A DNA stretch of 63,381 nucleotides, filler included, from Phoronis australis (Eukaryota > Animalia > Phoronida): NCBI GenBank assembly GCA_002633005.1. It is 4 parts of 4 records of this genome, joined end to end, with 100 filler letters (N's around TTAATTAATTAA, not from the genome) between each part and the next. Parts side by side here need not be neighbours in the genome. Positions count along the whole stretch, not along the records: positions 60,397 to 63,381 come from NMRA01003292.1; 3 more parts are not named here. One strand, given 5' to 3'. This document shows, one piece after another, positions 60,991 through 63,381 of this stretch. A program made the translations under genes and the position numbers. The notes beneath the pieces are model-generated. The model was given only the letters and a program-made list of their open reading frames with translations. It did not search any database and was not told where the DNA came from. Each line of letters starts with the position of its first letter. The stretch's first letter is position 1.

Positions 60991-63251
60991 CTGAGCACTG
61001 CGTTCCATTTCCTTGGTAACCATTTTGACAGCTGCAGTTGAATGAGCCAATAATGTTCGTGCAAACTGCATTCACATCGCAATTGTTTTCTCCTGTTATG
61101 CATTCGTTGATATCTGTAAATATTTCACCCAATATTTCGATGCAACAAGATATTTCAGTAGACGAGCGACTCCTCCGTACTAGCGTAAAAGCAGGCAAGG
61201 GCAGCAAACACCACGTGTGTCAAATAAATTTGCGACATTGTTACCGTCGTGTTCACTATGAACTATTTGCACGTTACAATTAAATATGAGGAACACGAAG
61301 GGTTGACATCCGTCCACCTTGTAGGTCTGCATACAGTGCAGATGCAAAAGGTGATTACTTTTTTAAACATTCCCACTAAAGAGTGGTAAACTTAAAATGC
61401 CTCTAGGGGGCGCATAGTATACATTGTATCAACAATGATCTTCTCAATAGGAAAAACCTGCAAAAACTGAAACTGGCACTAGGGATAGTCAGATACGGTA
61501 CGTCCAATTGTTTTCATTTGTCGTCCGGTTCAAACGAATACACTTGCCAACTTTCACAAAGATCATGGAGAGAGCAGCGATTGCGAAAAAGCAAGTTCAC
61601 TCTAGGGGACGCCACAGTAGTAAAAAGTGTCGGAAAACATTGAGTAATGCTCTTCCCAGTAGGAACACATTTGCCAATTTTCATAACGATTCTTAAAGTG
61701 GTTTGGCCAATAAAGAGATCAATGAACAAAACAAATCCATAGCTATTGAAAACGACGACTAGGAGGCGTACACTACTTTAAATCCATCCGAAAACGAAAA
61801 GCTATCATGACCAAGACAATGCAAACTCAAGTTATTTGCCAAGTTTTATAAAAAACACATCAAGGAATTCCAAAGATACAGAATTCCCATAGTGTACTCA
61901 TGCATCTATGGAAATGTTTGATCCTAAAGGCGATATTTACAATTATTGCGTTTAGCACTATTATATTCGAGTTGAAGCAGTGTTTTGTACAAGTATATCA
62001 CTACATATTACTTTGCTAAACCTCTAAACTATGGAGAATTCACGAAGAATATTAAGTGCCATTTATTAAACTTCACTATCATAACTGCATCACCATGGCA
62101 ATTGCAACTGAATTTCAACAGAGACATTTTGCATTCTTTCAATCCACAAGTATAATGAAATTTACCAGAGCATTGCGTTCCATTCCCTTTGTAGCCACCT
62201 TGACAACTACAGTTATAAAAGCCATTAATGTTTGAGCATACGGCATTGACATCGCAGTTGTGTTCTCCTGTTGTGCACTCGTCGATATCTGAAAATATGC
62301 GATAAAAATCAATACAAGCGTAGGGGACGCGCTCAAGGAGGCGTGAGCCTCCTCTCCTGGGGTAAGGGTGAGCCCGCCACTAAATAGACAGGTAAGGAAA
62401 AAGGGCTGGGAGTGTACTTTCCTATAATAACTTGCAGGCGTGCGGATGAAACCTTTGTGGAAACCAGCACAGTTGTAGGTCGGGAGGTAGGATAGTTGCG
62501 GTCAAAAAGACAACACATAGAGAAACCTGTAGAAGCGCCAGTAATTTTGAGAACATTTGTTAACACCAATATTGGATTAACCCTTTTGGGGGACTGTCCA
62601 AGAAATTTCCGTTAAATGGCCCCAGTTTAAGATAATATTGCAGTGTGGATCGTCTACGCTCAAACGCCATCTTTGGAATCAAATAGCTATGGCGATAGGA
62701 ATAACGTCCTCAGCAGTGAAGGTCCTTGTGGGACAAAAAAATACTTCCGCGAGACTCAAGAAGTGACGCAAGAAGGTCGTCCTAGAGAGGGAATAGCGGG
62801 CGGTAGAGAAGTGTTTTGCACGAAGGCACACCCGATTGCGCTAACGGACAGGGAATTTTATTGTCTTGTATACACTCATGGGCGGCGCACCATAGGGGCC
62901 TGGGCGCTATAGTCCCACTTTTTTCAGTGCTGCGCCGCCCAGGGTCTATGGGCGGTGCACCACAGGAGGGGGGCTGGGGTTATAGCCCCTCTCTTTATTC
63001 TGTGCTGCGCCGCCCAAGACACTACCATGTATGCCGCACAGTAAAGTTATAGTAAAGCATGTCAGAGAAAAGGACTTTCAAATCAACGCAAAGATTACTA
63101 CCGAGTCATGGAAGTGCAGAAATTGTACCATAGCATTGTGTTCCATTCCCTTGGTAACCTCTTTGGCAGGTGCAGTTGAATGAGCCAATGGTGTTCAAGC
63201 AGACTGCATTGACGTCACAGTTGTGTTGTGCTGTTGTGCACTCGTTGATAT
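60991..63251 (-). CDS. Internal exons of a tandem calcium-binding EGF-repeat protein (fibrillin/uromodulin/SCUBE-type repeats), partial
   Basis: Three 123-nt phase 1-1 exons with CAG/GT sites. 63251-63129: [41 protein letters not shown]. 62288-62166: [41 protein letters not shown]. 61113-60991: [41 protein letters not shown]. Confidence 0.92.
62877..63018. mobile_element. Tandem pair of mini inverted-repeat elements (CATGGGCGGCGCA family)
   Basis: CATGGGCGGCGCACCA...TGCTGCGCCGCCC twice; units are in opposite orientation to those at 25447-25593. Confidence 0.7.
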
Positions 63252-63381
63252 CTGAAATTTTTTTATCCAAAATAAACATGCAACAAGACACTTGTTATAA
63301 GTTAAATTAAACCGTTGGTAACTATAATTGAATTTCAATAGAGAGTATGTGCATTCTTCCATTACGCTCCTACTGAGTTCT

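Overview
This is eukaryotic (metazoan, probably marine invertebrate) intron-rich genomic DNA, not prokaryotic. It consists of four contigs joined by artificial 100-bp N/TTAATTAATTAA spacers. Contig 1 (1-31960) carries 30 manually spliced, frame-consistent exons (~1,530 aa, both ends missing). They encode a single-polypeptide, multi-repeat K+-selective cyclic-nucleotide-gated channel (CNGK/tetraKCNG type). Three GYGD pores and three CNBDs are visible; the middle CNBD is degenerate and the last S4 is nearly uncharged. Contig 2 (32061-56811) carries an uncharacterised gene with a ~700-aa acidic disordered N-terminus. Its conserved C-terminal domain has a papain/C39-like Q-x5-C ... H pattern, and its 3' end was not found. 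Contig 2 also holds an orphan TSP1 + unknown-domain exon and a 5'-intact L1/Tx1-like fragment. Contig 3 shows no recognisable gene. Contig 4 holds three tandem calcium-binding EGF exons on the minus strand. Introns are packed with transposon relics: Kolobok-type THAP/KolX remnants, Helentron-type (HINE) elements, MITEs, LINE 3' ends and a solo-LTR-like element bearing heat-shock-element arrays. All family assignments come from motif recognition by eye; no searches were run.
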